Shown here: piece by piece, positions 37,182 to 51,300 of the stretch
Numbering within the stretch: position 1 is the first letter of the stretch
Layout of the letters: each line of letters opens with the position of its first letter
Source: Oculina patagonica
Lineage: Eukaryota
Assembly (NCBI RefSeq): GCF_052425735.1
Contig: NC_135758.1
Coordinates: 26,040,001-26,104,000, forward strand
Reading direction: 5' to 3'
DNA length: 64,000 nt
The notes under the pieces: model-generated
What the model was told of the DNA's origin: nothing
Seen by the model: the letters and a program-made list of their open reading frames with translations, nothing else
Databases searched by the model: none
Made by a program: the position numbers and the translations under genes

Positions 37182-39623
37182 AAGTAATATTAGCGTAATT
37201 CGTTTGATTTGTAGTAGGGAAAAGTTGTTTTGTAAAGGACGAATATGGCGGCTGGGTCAGAAATGAAGGGGCTTTGACTTTTATACCTCAGTTTTAATAA
37301 CAATACCATATAAGGGGTAGGTTTGCAATGACGTCTTTTTTTAGTTTCCTTTTAAGGTCTCCGCACACGTGGGGACAAGACGCAGGGACCTAACCATGTG
37401 TTGTTCACACTGAGGGGACATGAAGCAGGGGGTGTAGTGGGGACATATGGCATTTCTTCGCTCCACAGGGCCGTAACCAAACCCTTGCCATAGACGAAGC
37501 AAGATCTTGCTATGGAGTTCTGGAAGCATGCCTTCCAAACAAATTTGAAATCTAGCATCTCTAAAACTCTTTCAGATACATTTTTCATGAAGTATCATGT
37601 TCAACTGGGGATTATTTTCACAACGAAACATATACATGTTTTTATACCATGCCATAGAAAATACAGCCAATCAGAATACAGGAAAGCCGTTGTATATTCG
37701 ACGGTATTCAACCCAACCTTCCCATCGTGCGCTGCGATCTTATTCTCGATGAAATTTAGTGAGCGTATTTTCTATGGCATGGTATAAAATAGTTACACAA
37801 CACTTTCTCGTGGTATACTATGGAATATCCCACTTGTCACTTGTATTTTCTTCGTATACACACTCGCCTAAAGGCTCGTGTGTATACCGAGAAAATACAA
37901 GTGACTCGTGGGATATTCCATAGTATACCACTCGAAAGCGTTGCATAACTAGTATTTAATTTTGGGTTAAAATCTAGACGAGGCAAGTAGCTACGGCCCT
38001 GCTCCACAGCTATTATTTGGGTCCTCTCATCCAGCCAAAAGCTTTGAATAAAACTTTAAAGGACAACGAAAACTCTCCGAATAGAAGGCTGTTACCTAGT
38101 TTTCTATTGACCAAAACTTTGGGGTTTGGCATTAGTATAGGGAGGAGGAGACGAACTACACTTCGGGTTATGAAGTCAACTCGAATTTTGGTCGATCGTT
38201 CTAATTTGCGTCTATTTGTGGAAATTGACTACTTCAAACCGCGACACCCACTGATAGGCCTTTCTCGATTATGCTAGTGAAACTGGCATTTAATGCTACT
38301 AGAAATTCTCGCATAAAGCCAAAAAAATGCTAAAATAATGCCTGATGTCTTTAAAAAATGCCACTTGAATTCCAAAGAATGCTTTGTTTTATTTCAAACA
38401 AAACGTACGAACTCTTACATTATATGCTCATTTCGACAACAGGTGATACTTAATAATTGTTTGTTTATAAAAATAAAATAAAAAATATTAATTTAAAAAA
38501 TTAAAAAAACACACACGTAACACAACACAAGTACACAAGTAACAACGCACAAACAGTCGAAACAGACAGAAAACAATCAAATTAAGTAATCAAAACGGCT
38601 GTGAACCTTTAGGATTATTTATCCTTCTGAGTTCTGAGTGCTGAAATCTGGATCACAGTCATGAAAAATGCCAGAAAATGCTAGCAATTCTTTTTCAAGA
38701 AAAAACGAAAAAAAATGCTCGTTTTCCCAAAAAATGCCGAAAAAAATGCTAGCATAATCGAGAAAGGCCTACCCACTGATAGCTTCAGTCTCAGTTCTTG
38801 TCGCTTGTGCAAAGAAATTTTTTTCTGGATTGGTTTGTTATTCAGTTCAATATTAGTTTTATTTTATCTCTGGGTTGAGGGTTTTTGCTGTTAGTTCAGA
38901 ATCATTGTCAGCTCGGCTCAGTTTAGCTGTTGTGATCAGGCTGGAGTGAAATCATTTGTCTCCTGAAGATTCCAAAACGGGACACGCACACGTTAACAAA
39001 CATTCCACCACTTTCCCCGCTAACTCTCGTATCTCTTGCTCTGATTTTTCCCTCTCTCTACATGGGTAAAATTAGACGTCGTTGACAGGGCTAGCCCTGT
39101 TGATGTCTTTGTATTCTTTTTGAGGGAGGGGGTGGTCTGACAGGAATAGGGGTACTGTACTCTCGCTGAAATCTCCCGTGTTTAGGCAAAAAACAATGAC
39201 GACTCATAATGGTGAAGGAAAAGTTACAAACTTTATTGAACTTTTTATTCCCCATTGTTAAGTGCTTACTTTTTTGTGTTTCTATTATAAGGGTGTTTTT
39301 TTTTTGTTGTGTTTTTTTTTTTTGCGCCGCCACACTTTTTTTTGTTTCTTTTTCCCTTATTTCTTTTTTGTTTCGTNNNNNNNNNNNNNNNNNNNNNNNN
39401 NNNNNNNNNNNNNNNNNNNNNNNNNNNNNNNNNNNNNNNNNNNNNNNNNNNNNNNNNNNNNNNNNNNNNNNNNNNNNNNNNNNNNNNNNNNNNNNNNNNN
39501 NNNNNNNNNNNNNNNNNTTTTTTTGTTTTTTTTGGCGTTTCTTTTTTTTCTTTTTTTTTTTAAGTAAGCAACAGGGCCTTTGCAGACACATTGCTGCACG
39601 TGTCCACAGTGGAAACACACCTA

Positions 39624-39764
39624 CTAAAAAAAGATGGTATTCTCTAACTCTTCGACCGCGTTAGATATTTGCCTTTTCAACGACAAGTTAGGGCTGCGTC
39701 CAGTGTCCTCATGTCCATGAAAAAACAGCTTGTGTCGTTTCTTTACATCGGTACAGAAATCTTC
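39624..39764 (-). CDS. A5 DED-Bcl-2-like protein, exon 2 (EDFCTDVKKRH...ISNAVEELENTIFF*)
   Basis: ctgtag acceptor, open frame, closest to A6 exon 2. Confidence 0.85.
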   Translation of the reverse strand, partial: EDFCTDVKKRHKLFFHGHEDTGRSPNLSLKRQISNAVEELENTIFF

Positions 39765-40129
39765 CTACAGAGGCAAAACTTTTTATATAAATGCATAGAC
39801 AAAAACATCTAATCATTATATATAATAAAAGGTGTTGAAATACATAAGCATTTAAAAATCAGCGATAAAATCGAATGACGTTTTGAAGTCGTCCATTTTC
39901 AAGTCTAAAACGATTAAAATAAACTGCCAGTCTATTTCTGACAGTTTATTCTAATCATTTTGAGCTTGAAGATAGTGCCTTGACGACTCCAAAACATCTT
40001 AGTAATTTTTATCGCTGAGTTTAACATGGATAAATCAATGAAAGAATGAAAAAAAAAACACAAAAAAACAACAACAATAAAATCAATGGTGGATCCATAC
40101 CTAAGATGAAGGATGGGTGGGGGGAGGTG

Positions 40130-41648
40130 CTGGTAGTAGTAGAAGTAATAGTAGAAGTAGTAACAGTGGCAGTGGCAGTGGCAGTGGCAGTGGCAGTGGC
40201 AGTGGTTGTGGTAGTGGTAGTGGGTGGTTGTGGTAGTGGTAGTGGCAGTGGTAGTTGTAGTGGCAGTGGCAGTGGTAGTGGTAGTGGAAATGGCAGTGGT
40301 AGTGGTAGTGGTAGTGGCAGTAATAGTGGTAGTGGTAGTGGCAGTGGTAGTGGCAGTGGCAGTGGCAGTGGTAGTGGTAGTGGTAGTGGTAGTGGTTGTG
40401 GTAGTGGTAGTGGTAGTGGTATTGGCAGTGGTAGTGGTTGTGGCAGTGGTAGTTGTAGTGGTAGTTGTAGTTGTAGTGGCAGTGGTAGTGGTTGTGGCAG
40501 TGGTAGTGGTAGTGGTAGTTGTAGTTGTAGTGGCAGTGGTAGTGGTAGTGGTAGTGGTAGTGGTAGTGGTAGTGGGTAGTGGTAGTGGCAGTGGCAGTGG
40601 CAGTGGCAGTGGTAGTTGTAGTTGTAGTTGTAGTGGTAGTGGCAGTGGCAGTGGCAGTTGTAGTTGTAGTGGTAGTGGTAGNNNNNNNNNNNNNNNNNNN
40701 NNNNNNNNNNNNNNNNNNNNNNNNNNNNNNNNNNNNNNNNNNNNNNNNNNNNNNNNNNNNNNNNNNNNNNNNNNNNNNNNNNNNNNNNNNNNNNNNNNNN
40801 NNNNNNNNNNNNNNNNNNNNNNNNNNNNNNNNNNNNNNNNNNNTGGTAGTTGTAGTGGTAGTTGTAGTGGCAGTGGCAGTGGTAGTGGTAGTGGTAGTGG
40901 TAGTGGCAGTGGTAGTGGCAGTGGCAGTGGCAGTGGCAGTGGCAGTGGCAGTGGTAGTGGCAGTGGCAGTGGTAGTGTTAGTGTCAGTGGTAGTGGCAGT
41001 GGCAGTGGTAGTGGTAGTGGTAGTGGCAGTGGCAGTGGCAGTGGTAGTTGTAGTTGTAGTGGCAGTGGCAGTGGCAGTTGTAGTTGTAGNNNNNNNNNNN
41101 NNNNNNNNNNNNNNNNNNNNNNNNNNNNNNNNNNNNNNNNNNNNNNNNNNNNNNNNNNNNNNNNNNNNNNNNNNNNNNNNNNNNNNNNNNNNNNNNNNNN
41201 NNNNNNNNNNNNNNNNNNNNNNNNNNNNNNNNNNNNNNNNNNNNNNNNNNNNNNNNNNNNNNNNNNNNNNNNNNNNNNNTGGTAGTGGTAGTGGCAGTGG
41301 CAGTGGCAGTGGTAGTGGTAGTGGTAGTGGTAGTGGTAGTGGCAGTGGTAGTGGCAGTGGCAGTGGCAGTGGTAGTGGTAGTGGTAGTGGTAGTGGTAGT
41401 GGTAAATGTGTGGTAGTTGTAGTGGCAGTGGTAGTGGTAGTGGTAGTGGTAGTGGCAGTGGCAGTGGTAGTGGTAGTGGCAGTGGTAGTGGTAGTGGCAG
41501 TGGCAGTGGTAGTGGTAGTGGTAGTGGTAGTGGCAGTGGCAGTGGTGGTGGTAGTGGTAGTGGCAGTGGCAGTGGTAGTGTTAGTGGCAGTGGTAGTGGC
41601 AGTGGCAGTGGCAGTGGTAGTGGTAGTGGTAGTGGTAGTGGTAGTGGT

Positions 41649-41687
<39 letters not shown>

Positions 41688-42010
41688 GTGGTAGTGGTAG
41701 TGGTAGTGGTAGTGGCAGTGGAAGTGGTGGTGGTAGTGGTAGTGGCAGTGGCAGTGGTAGTGGCAGTGGTAGTGGCAGTGGCAGTGGTAGTGGTAGTGGT
41801 AGTGGTAGTTGTAGTTGTAGTTGTAGTGGCAGTGGCAGTGGCAGTGGCAGTGGCAGTGGCAGTGGCAGTAGCAGTGGCAGTGGTAGTGGTAGTGGCAGTG
41901 GCAGTGGCGGGGAGTGGCAGTGGCAGTGGCAGTGGCAGTGGCAGTGGCAGTAGCAGTGGCAGTGGTAGTGGTAGTGGCAGTGGCAGTGGTAGTGGTAATA
42001 GTAATAGTAA
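40130..42010. repeat. (GTGGTA/GTGGCA)n compound microsatellite containing assembly gaps
   Basis: Direct observation; abuts the 3' end of a LINE. Confidence 0.97.
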
Positions 42011-43322
42011 TAAATTGCTTTATTTGCATGACCGTTACCGTTTACAGTGTTGCAAAAGCATATCTAAACTAAAAGTAACAAAACGATCCTATTATATCAT
42101 ACTAAAACTTGATTAAGTTACATCGCTTTCACCTGATAATAACAATGCATCACGTAAATTCATACATGAAGAAATAAACTTCATAACAAGCTTATTAACA
42201 TGATAATCATTAGAGTTCATAAGAAGTTTAATGTTTTCTGAGGTTGTTTTCCTTTCAAAGTCAGGTACTATCTCATTGATTCGTTTTAAGAATGTCCGCC
42301 TTTGGGAAGAGTATTTGCTACAATCTAATAAGAACTTGATTTGACTTGCACAATGGACATAATCTATTTGCTCTGGGTATATGGTCAGTCTGATATCTAC
42401 CCAGTTTAATCATAAGTTTGTGATTACTTAATTTAAATTTCACAAGATTTTTTCTTTCATTAAAATATCTTAACTGTTGTAAATAATCAGATGCAACGTA
42501 TTAATTTTTAAAAACTTTAAAAAATTCTAATTTCCTTGAGTGTTCTAGGCTATGTCGCCAGAAAGATATATATTTCTCTTCCATATTGGTTGTGTATCGT
42601 TTAATTCTATAATTATCTAAAGATTCCGGGTCGAAATTGGGGAGATGGTAGTGTTCTATTAAATTCAAAAAATTGGAATAAAATCCGGAGTTGTTGATAG
42701 AGTGTAAGTTCTTTGACATAAGAAAAGATTGTTTGACAATTGAGTCGTTGTCTTTGTTGTTTAGATAGACAAAGTATTTCATAATTCTCTGGTTAATTGG
42801 GATAATTAAAGGTAATCTTCCAAGTTCCGCTCTACAAGCTATGTTCGAGGCCTTATTGTTTACTTCTAAGTACCGTTTACAAAATTTGAGATGAATTTTT
42901 TCTATTGGGGAACTATCCCAAGTTTTAAAATTCTGTTTCATGTACATCCCCCATATCTCACTGTTGTAGCTTAAGATAGGAAATATCATTGTGTCAAAAA
43001 TTTGGGATGCAGTATTAGGTCTAAGTCTATTAAGGGTTGAGTGTTTTCGTATACTAAAAAAGGCATGCATCGCTTTTTCTTTTAAGTGTTCGAGTGCAAG
43101 AGTAAAGTTTCCCGTTGGGGTTAAACGTGTTCCTAAATACGTGTATTCTTGAACAATTTCAATTGATTCAGTGCCTATATTGAAGCTGATGTCAATGGAC
43201 TTTCTTTGGCGTTTTTGAAATATCATTATTTTTGTTTTCTTTGGATTGATTTTTAGCATCCACGTTTCGCAATAGGACGAAAGGACGTTTAAACAGTTCT
43301 GCAATCCAACTTTGGATCTTGA
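42010..43322 (-). mobile_element. 5'-truncated non-LTR retrotransposon (L2/CR1-group-like): C-terminal RT region plus 3' end
   Basis: ORF 42501-43304 LQNCLN...[14 protein letters not shown]...YTYLG; AATAAA followed by a simple-repeat tail. Confidence 0.88.
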
Positions 43323-44900
43323 TAGTATAGTGGTAGTGGTAGTGGTAGTGGCAGTGGCAGTGGCAGTGGCAGTGGCAGTGGCAGTGGCAGTGGTAGTGGT
43401 AGTGGTAGTGGAAGTGGCAGTGGCAGTGGTAGTGGTAGTGGCAGTGGCAGTGGTAGTGGTAGTTGTAGTGGTAGTGGCAGTGGTAGTGGTAGTGGTAGTG
43501 GTAGTGGTAGTGGTAGTGGTAGTGGCAGTGGCAGTGGCAGTGGTAGTGGTAGTGGAAGTGGCAGTGGCAGTGGTAGTGGTAGTGGTAGTGGTAGTGGCAG
43601 TGGTAGTGGCAGTGGCAGTGGCAGTGGTAGTGGCAGTGGTAGTGGTAGTGGTAGTGGTAGTGGAAGTGGCAGTGGTAGTGGTAGTGGTAGTGGTAGTGGT
43701 AGTGGCAGTGGTAGTGGCAGTGGCAGTGGCAGTGGTAGTGGCAGTGGTAGTAGTAGTGGTAGTGGTAGTGGCAGTGGCAGTGGCAGTGGCAGTGGTAGTG
43801 GTAGTGGTAGTGGTGTGGTTGTGGCAGTGGTAGTTGTAGTTGCAGTGGTAGTGGCAGTGGTAGTGGCAGTGGTAGTAGTAGTGGTAGTGGCAGTGGTAGT
43901 AGTAGTGGTAGTGGTAGTGGTAGTGGTAGTGGTAGTGGCAGTGGTAGTGGTAGTGGTAGTGGTAGTGGTAGTGGTTGTGGCAGTGGTAGTTGTAGTTGCA
44001 GTGGTAGTGGCAGTGGTAGTGGCAGTGGTAGTGGTAGTGGAAGTGGCAGTGGCAGTGGTAGTGGTAGTGGTAGTGGTAGTGGTAGTGGTAGTGGCAGTGG
44101 TAGTGGCAGTGGCAGTGGTAGTGGCAGTGGTAGTGGCAGTGGCAGTGGTAGTAGTAGTGGTAGTGGTAGTGGCAGTGGCAGTGGTTGTGGTAGTGGTAGT
44201 GGTAGTGGTAGTGGTAGTGGTAGTGGTTGTGGCAGTGGTAGTTGTAGTTGCAGTGGTAGTGGCAGTGGCAGTGGTAGTGGCAGTGGCAGTGGCAGTTGCA
44301 GTGGTAGTGGTTGTGGCAGTGGCAGTGGTAGTGGCAGTGGTAGTGGTAGTGGTAGTGGCAGTGGCAGTGGTAGTGGTAGTGGTAGTGGCAGTGGTAGTTG
44401 TAGTGGCAGTGGTAGTTGTAGTGGCAGTGGCAGTGGTAGTGGTAGTAGTAGTGGCAGTGGCAGTGGCAGTGGCAGTGGTAGTGGCAGTGGCAGTGGTAGT
44501 GGCAGTGGCAGTGGTAGTGGCAGTGGCAGTGGTAGTGGTAGTGGTAGTGGTAGTGGTAGTGGTAGTGGTAGTGGCAGTGGCAGTGGCAGTGGTAGTGGTA
44601 GTGGTAGTGGAAGTTGAAGTGGCAGTGGCAGTGGCAGTGGCAGTGGCAGTGGCAGTGGTAGTGGTAGTAATAGTTGTAGTGGTAGTGGTAGTGGTAGTGG
44701 CAGGGGTAGTGGTAGTGGTAGTGGTAGTGGTAGTGGTAGTTGTAGTGGCAGTGGTAGTGGTAGTGGTAGTGGTAGTGGCAGTGGCAGTGGTAGTGGTAGT
44801 GGCAGTGGTAGTGGTAGTGGTAGTGGTAGTGGTAGTGTTAGTAGTAGTAGTATAATAGTAGTAATAGTAGTAGTCAGTAGTACCAATAGTAGTAAGTAAG
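43323..44900. repeat. (GTGGTA/GTGGCA)n compound microsatellite
   Basis: Direct observation; forms the tail of the second LINE copy. Confidence 0.97.
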
Positions 44901-44902
44901 TA

Positions 44903-45472
44903 ATAAATTGCTTTATTTGCATGACCGTTACAGTTAAAAGTATTGCAAAAGCATATTCAAACTAAAAGTAACAAAACGCGATCCTATAATATCATTTTGA
45001 AACTTAATAATTAAAATACATCGTTTTCACCTGATAATAACAATGTATCACATATATTCATACATGAAGTAATAAACTTCATCACTAGCTTATTAACATG
45101 ATAATCATTAGAGTTCATAAGAAGTTTGATGCTTTCTGAGGTTAATTTCCTTTCAAAGTCAGGTACTTTCTCATTGATTCGTTTCAAGAATGTCCGCCTT
45201 TGCGAAGAGTCTTTGCTACAATCTAATAAGAAGTGTGTTTCGTTTTCAAGTTAATTTCACTTGCACAATGGACATAATCTATTTGCTCTGGGTATATGGT
45301 CACTCTGATATCAACCTAGTTCAATCATAAGTTTGTGATTACTTAATTTAAATTTCACCAGATTCTTTCTTTCATTAAAATATCTTAACTGTTGTAGACA
45401 ATCAGATGCAGCGTATTCATCTCTAAAAACTTTATAAAATTCCAATTTCTTTGAGTGTTCCAGGCTATGTCG
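44903..45472 (-). mobile_element. Second, shorter 3' fragment of the same LINE
   Basis: Highly similar to 42010-42557. Confidence 0.85.
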
Positions 45473-46532
45473 CTATGTTGCAGCAGCAGCAGTAGCAGTA
45501 GTACATATAGCAGTTACAGAAGTAGAAGCAGTAGCAGCAGTTGTACTAGCATTCGTAGCAATAGCAACACCAATAACAGTGGCTATTGTAGCAGTAGCAG
45601 TAGTAGTATTATGCAAATAGCCGAGTAGCAATAAAAGGAACATAGAACAGTGATATCTACAGTTATCAGCAGCAAAACGAAACAGCAGTAGAAGTATGGT
45701 AATTTTTTTGGTCCAATACAAATCTTGAAATGCGTGTTTAAAAAGGACCGTAAAGAAAATAAAAAGTCTAACAATGGCAAGCTCAGTTTTCGCCGCAAAC
45801 GTTGTCTGGACCGGTTACAGGTATATTGAATAAAGTGAAGTATATTGAATAAGTTCATTCAAATCCACAAGACCCTATTAGACTGCATGGCAACTGTCTC
45901 AGAACCGCAACAGAGGCTGATACTCATGTCAAACGACCATGAGAACAACTCGCTAAAATTACCATAAATTACTTTCGATTTTGGTCGCGCCATAAAAAAA
46001 TTAACCGTTCAACAACAAGAAAAAGAAATCTACATGCAATGAGCGCCAGGATTGTTCTAAAGTCAAAGTTTCTGATTATTAGTTTACTTAATAAAATGTT
46101 TTAGAAGGCCTATGAAGTATATGTAGTTCCTTTCACTCATGTACGCGGTATGTGTATTTGCGAATATTCAATTCTGGATCGGAGACCCAGATGAGGTTTG
46201 TTCTAAATCCAAGGAACGAAATAGTGTGCCCCGGGAAGTACTTATAAAAGAGGTATAACGCATAGATTGACTGGAGTTGAAATACGTATGGCGAAAAATT
46301 ACGTCGAAAATTTATCGAAAACTCGGTTGTTTCGAGAAGTAAAACAAAATTTAAATCCTTTAGTTGCCTTTAACCAGCTTCCGTTTTGTGTTTTCGGGAA
46401 CGTTATCACGCTAAAATAACCAGTAATAACTGTACTACCGAATACGAGGGATTGTGTGAATTTCAGCGGAAAAAATTCTGTGTAGTAAGAGACCTATTGT
46501 CGACAGGAATTCTTGTAAAGAATTAAACTTAC

Positions 46533-47204
46533 CCAAGATCCAAGCTGAAGCATTGGGTGACAAAGTTCATCTGCCAATGTTATACACATCTCGATGGCTT
46601 CTTCTCGTTTTTGTCCGGTCTGTGGTGAATATACAGAAGATACGGCTATTATTTCACCGGCGACTGCGACAAGCATGGAAAATTTACGCCAGGTCATTTT
46701 CCGTGTACCACACTCGTTGACAAAGCGTAGCCAAAGATCTTTAGGATTCATGCGTGATGTTTTCAGCATTCCTTTAACGTCGAGTCTTCCTTGAAAACAT
46801 TCCATCAGTTGAACGAGATTCTCAGCCGCATTCGTCGCCGATGACTGGTAAAACGAATTCAATCCATTTTTTTTCTTGATGTAGAAATCCAGAAGATTGG
46901 ACAGGTCTCTTTTTGCTTCGAACGCGTTCACTTTGACAACGAGATCTTCTCTTCCAACATCATGTAAACATTTCTTCAAGAAGGTAACGTCTACCCACGA
47001 CATCTTTGCAACTTCTTCCAAAGAACGGAAAAGGTCCAGAACTTCTTTAACTTGTCTAGGAACTAGCCCAATACAGAGAAACTGGAGTTCTTTACTCTGC
47101 TCTTTGTCCAGATCGCGAGCAATCTGAACCAAAGCAGTTCTGTAAATCTGTCTAAGTCGGTCAGTCATTTCGTTAGTAAAAGTGTAAGTGATGATGGCGG
47201 TCAT
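46533..47204 (-). CDS. A5 DED-Bcl-2-like protein, exon 1
   Basis: DED (GREDL); MTWRKFSMLVAVAGEI BH1-like; QLGSW|gtaagt; 6.8-kb intron to 39764. Confidence 0.88.
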
Positions 47205-47559
47205 CAGAGGCTAAGCGAAAGACTAGTCAACCATTATATACCCCAGAATTCTAAATAACACCATATTAGGTCATTGACGTGTATGATAATTATGGTGACG
47301 GAATCAATTATACAATAATTACGATTTATTAGCCTGCTGTTTTCTAGCATAGCTTAGTGTTGGGTAATAAGATAACAAAGGTACGGTGGTACTTAAAATT
47401 CTTTACGCAGGGAGGCCCTGAGTTCCAAAACCTTACCCTTTCACAAACCATTTTAAAAGGCATTTTAAGGCATAAAGGCAACCCTTTGAAAAAAGCACAT
47501 ATTTCACATACCTACAGAAGGGTTACTGCATCTTTTTCTAAAGTTTTCACTTGAATAAT

Positions 47560-48385
47560 CCATGGCTGGCTAGCTAGCTGACTGATTGACTGGCTGAAAT
47601 ATTGACTGANNNNNNNNNNNNNNNNNNNNNNNNNNNNNNNNNNNNNNNNNNNNNNNNNNNNNNNNNNNNNNNNNNNNNNNNNNNNNNNNNNNNNNNNNNN
47701 NNNNNNNNNNNNNNNNNNNNNNNNNNNNNNNNNNNNNNNNNNNNNNNNNNNNNNNNNCTGGCTGACTGACTGACTGGCTGGCTGGCTGACTGACTGACTG
47801 ACTTGCTGTCTGGCTGGATGGCTGGCTAGCTAACTGATTGCCTGAGTGATTGACTGACTGACTGACTGGCTGGCTGGCTGGTTGGCTGGCTGGCTGGCTA
47901 GCTGACTGATTGACTGGCTGACATATTGACTGACTGGCCGGCTGACTGGCNNNNNNNNNNNNNNNNNNNNNNNNNNNNNNNNNNNNNNNNNNNNNNNNNN
48001 NNNNNNNNNNNNNNNNNNNNNNNNNNNNNNNNNNNNNNNNNNNNNNNNNNNNNNNNNNNNNNNNNNNNNNNNNNNNNNNNNNNNNNNNNNNNNNNNNNNN
48101 NNNNNNNNNNNNNNNNNNNNNNNNNNNNNNNNNNNNNNNNNNNNNNNNNNNNNNNNNNNNNNNNNNNNNNNNNNNNNNNNNNNNNNNNNNNNNNNNNNNN
48201 NNNNNNNNNNNNNNNNNNNNNNNNNNNNNNNNNNNNNNNNNNNNNNNNNNNNNNNNNNNNNNNNNNNNNNNNNNNNNNNNNNNNNNNNNNNNNNNNNNNN
48301 NNNNNNNNNNNNNNCGGCTGACTGATTGACTGGCTAACTGATTGATTGACGGACTGACTGGCTGGCTGGCTGGCTGGCTAGCTGA
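47560..48385. repeat. (GACT/GGCT)n microsatellite containing gaps
   Basis: Direct observation. Confidence 0.9.
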
Positions 48386-51300
48386 CCTGTCTCGAGGGTC
48401 TCAATGGGATTAACCGTTAGCCGTAATACGGCCAAATTAGAAATTTAGCCGTTAGGCGTAGAAATTAATAACACGCATTTATAGCGCGCAAATTCAGCTT
48501 GGGTTTTCAAATGCGCGTTACAAATAGAAATTAAAAAATAGATAAAAAACAGATTTAAATAAACAAAATATAGATTAAAATATAAAAAACTAAAAATATA
48601 CATATATATGTTCACTAATAAAAAGCTTGTTTAAAAAGATTTGCTTTAGAGCTCGCTTGAAATAATCCGAATGGATTCTCCTCAGTTCTGACGGTAGCTG
48701 GTTTCACAGTAAAGGCGCAGCCGCTGCAAAAGCCCTGTCACCGAGGGTGAATAGAGTGTCAACAGGTGGTGACAAAAGCGCTAGCAGTTCATTATTTGAT
48801 CTAACCGTTAGCCGTAAAATATGTTAGCCGTAACGATCAAGCCAAGAAGTTTGGCCAACGGAAATTAGCTCTGAAACTTAACTGTCTCGTGGAAATTAGT
48901 GGCAAAATAATTTAAAATTAAATGGGCTACGATCGATCCCGGCTAAAACGGTTGAGACACGTTGCTAATTTTCACCAATTTTGGTACTACAGCTCATTTT
49001 TATCAATCCCCCTACCCTATTTCAATGTTTTTCAATGTTGTCGTTTTATAGGAACAAAGCCTGGTGAATTGCAAACCCCATAAATCAACATTGAGTTGGG
49101 GAGAGGAGGGCGGATAACATGTTTTTCACAAGCTTGTCAGTCAAGACATTCGCGAAAAACTGTGAAATGCGTTTGTCTTAACTGGTTTCGTCCGGGATTT
49201 TAGATTCCTTTTTCTCCCCAGATTGGTCCTAGGACCTTAAAATGTTTTATAACAATGGACATTAATATATACTATATACTAAAAAGAGCTAAAAAGAGTT
49301 GAGGTGAGGTGAGGTGAAGTGAGTTGAAGTGAGGTGTCCGCAAGGCGGGAGTTGACTGTAGTTACCATTTCGCCAATTTTTCTCGGTATAATTTCTCGAT
49401 TCCTCTCTGATAATCTTCCTCTGGGTGTATGAGTAAATACATACTTTCCTTTTCCCTCACTCACTTTCGTACGAAGGAAAATAATTTCAGTCCTTCTCCA
49501 AAATTCACACTAAAACACACTACAACAATATAAAGGCAGGCAGTGTTCGATCACTTGCCCAGCGGTTGTTTAATGTAAACTCCAGTGTAAAATTACAATC
49601 AAATAGAACATACAGAGAAAATTACAAAAAATATATATCGGAAAAAACTGTAAGCTTACTTCCCGTTAATATTCACGACTTATACACAGACGCGAGCGTT
49701 TATATAGCAGCGAGCTAAATGTTTTTTAATTGCCGTCCGCGTACGGTATATAGGTAAAATAAGTACTAGAAAACAGAATACGGTACGCAACAAAAATGGA
49801 GTGTATCTTATGTCTAAAAGATCTGTGCAAACGCCTGATACGAGAACTCCCAAAATTGGGAACGTATTCCCCGACCAAATGCAGGCGGGGGCTAGAGGTT
49901 TAATTACAGCCTAGAAGTACTCGTATAAATTGAAAAATAAGGAAATTGCTTGAGTGTATACGACGCCTTCAGTAGCAAAAAACACGGCAAGTTCTCAAAA
50001 AAAGTTTTGAAAACTACGAAAGCTGAGGTGAATTAATAACAACTGTCAAAACTTTTACATGTAAACAACAAACAAAACTCAATATACGCCATAACGGCAC
50101 ACATGCGTTCTATGCCGAATACAAAATTATTTACACCATCTGTCACTGCCACTTTCAGTTAAGTTCTGCCGAATGCAAGTACATAAAAAAAAAACTTTAA
50201 CGAAGCACATATTTTTCCACAGACAAATTAGATCTTGAAGATAGCAACTGCTGCATCATATGCTCTCCTTGGATCCCGCGAACTTCACCCAGGTACAAGC
50301 AAATCCTAGTAAAAAACGAAAACAATAAAATAGCTGAGAAAAACAGAGCACGCGTAAGAACAACTAACAAAGAGTACAAAGAGGGCGAGGGCAGAAAAAA
50401 TGAACGAAAGACACCCACACGGCTAGACAAAAACAATACCTGACCTGAGAGAACAAAAAATTGCCATTGCCAAAGTACCAACCCGCGAACGCCTGAGCTC
50501 TCCTCAAAAATGGATAACTGAATAACATGCCACCCGGGCAAAAAACCTTGACTAGAAAAACAACAATCCGTTGCCCTAAAACCGGCAGCACACCTAATGT
50601 AAATGCCGGTACTCCAAGACTAACAGCCAAAAAAGGGAAAATGTCAGAAGTCAGATTATGCAAGTTAAAAAATCATGCTCCAAGACCTGAAGAATACTAG
50701 CCGCCCGTTGACTGCAGGTAAACCATTTAACTCAAAAAAATAAAGAAAAAATAACATTATGGGACAAAAAAACTATGCCAAGATTATGACCACCGGAATT
50801 CAACATCAACAGCAGCTATCTGTCAGAATGTTAAAAAACAGCCGAACGGTAGTTCCTACTGAAATAAAAGTAATGTAACAGAAAGTTTGCATCCTTCCTA
50901 GATACTGGAAAAGGAGATGCACGAATTTCTCCCAAAAATCTGCATGAACTATAAGCTTCCCCTAAACATCTTATTTTGTAAAAGAGGTTGGCTTACCCGA
51001 TTCGATCTCAATATTTTCCAGCGAGAACTATTCACCAGAACAGAAACCTCCAAAAACTTCCAGGTGTATCGTCATGATGGACCATCTCAACATCGTTATT
51101 CTGTCCTGCTGCTTAGCTGAATCTCAGAGAAGCTGATCCAGGTTTGTATCCAGTCGAGCAGTTCCAGTGGCCCAAGCTGCCGCATCGGAAACAGACATCT
51201 GCTTGAAAGGCTGTAAATAAATATAAAAAAAAAAAAAAAAAAAAAAAAAAACGAGCGGCCAAAAAAGGGAGAAACGACAAACACCCCTAAATTGTCATTG

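Noticed and set aside
40046-44922. Long ORFs of poly-V/A, GS, LP, HY and T
   Set aside because: These are translations of hexamer microsatellites and N gaps inside an intron
49350-51220. Possible LTR/DIRS retroelement remnant
   Set aside because: No recognisable domain, paired LTRs or TSD could be established by eye
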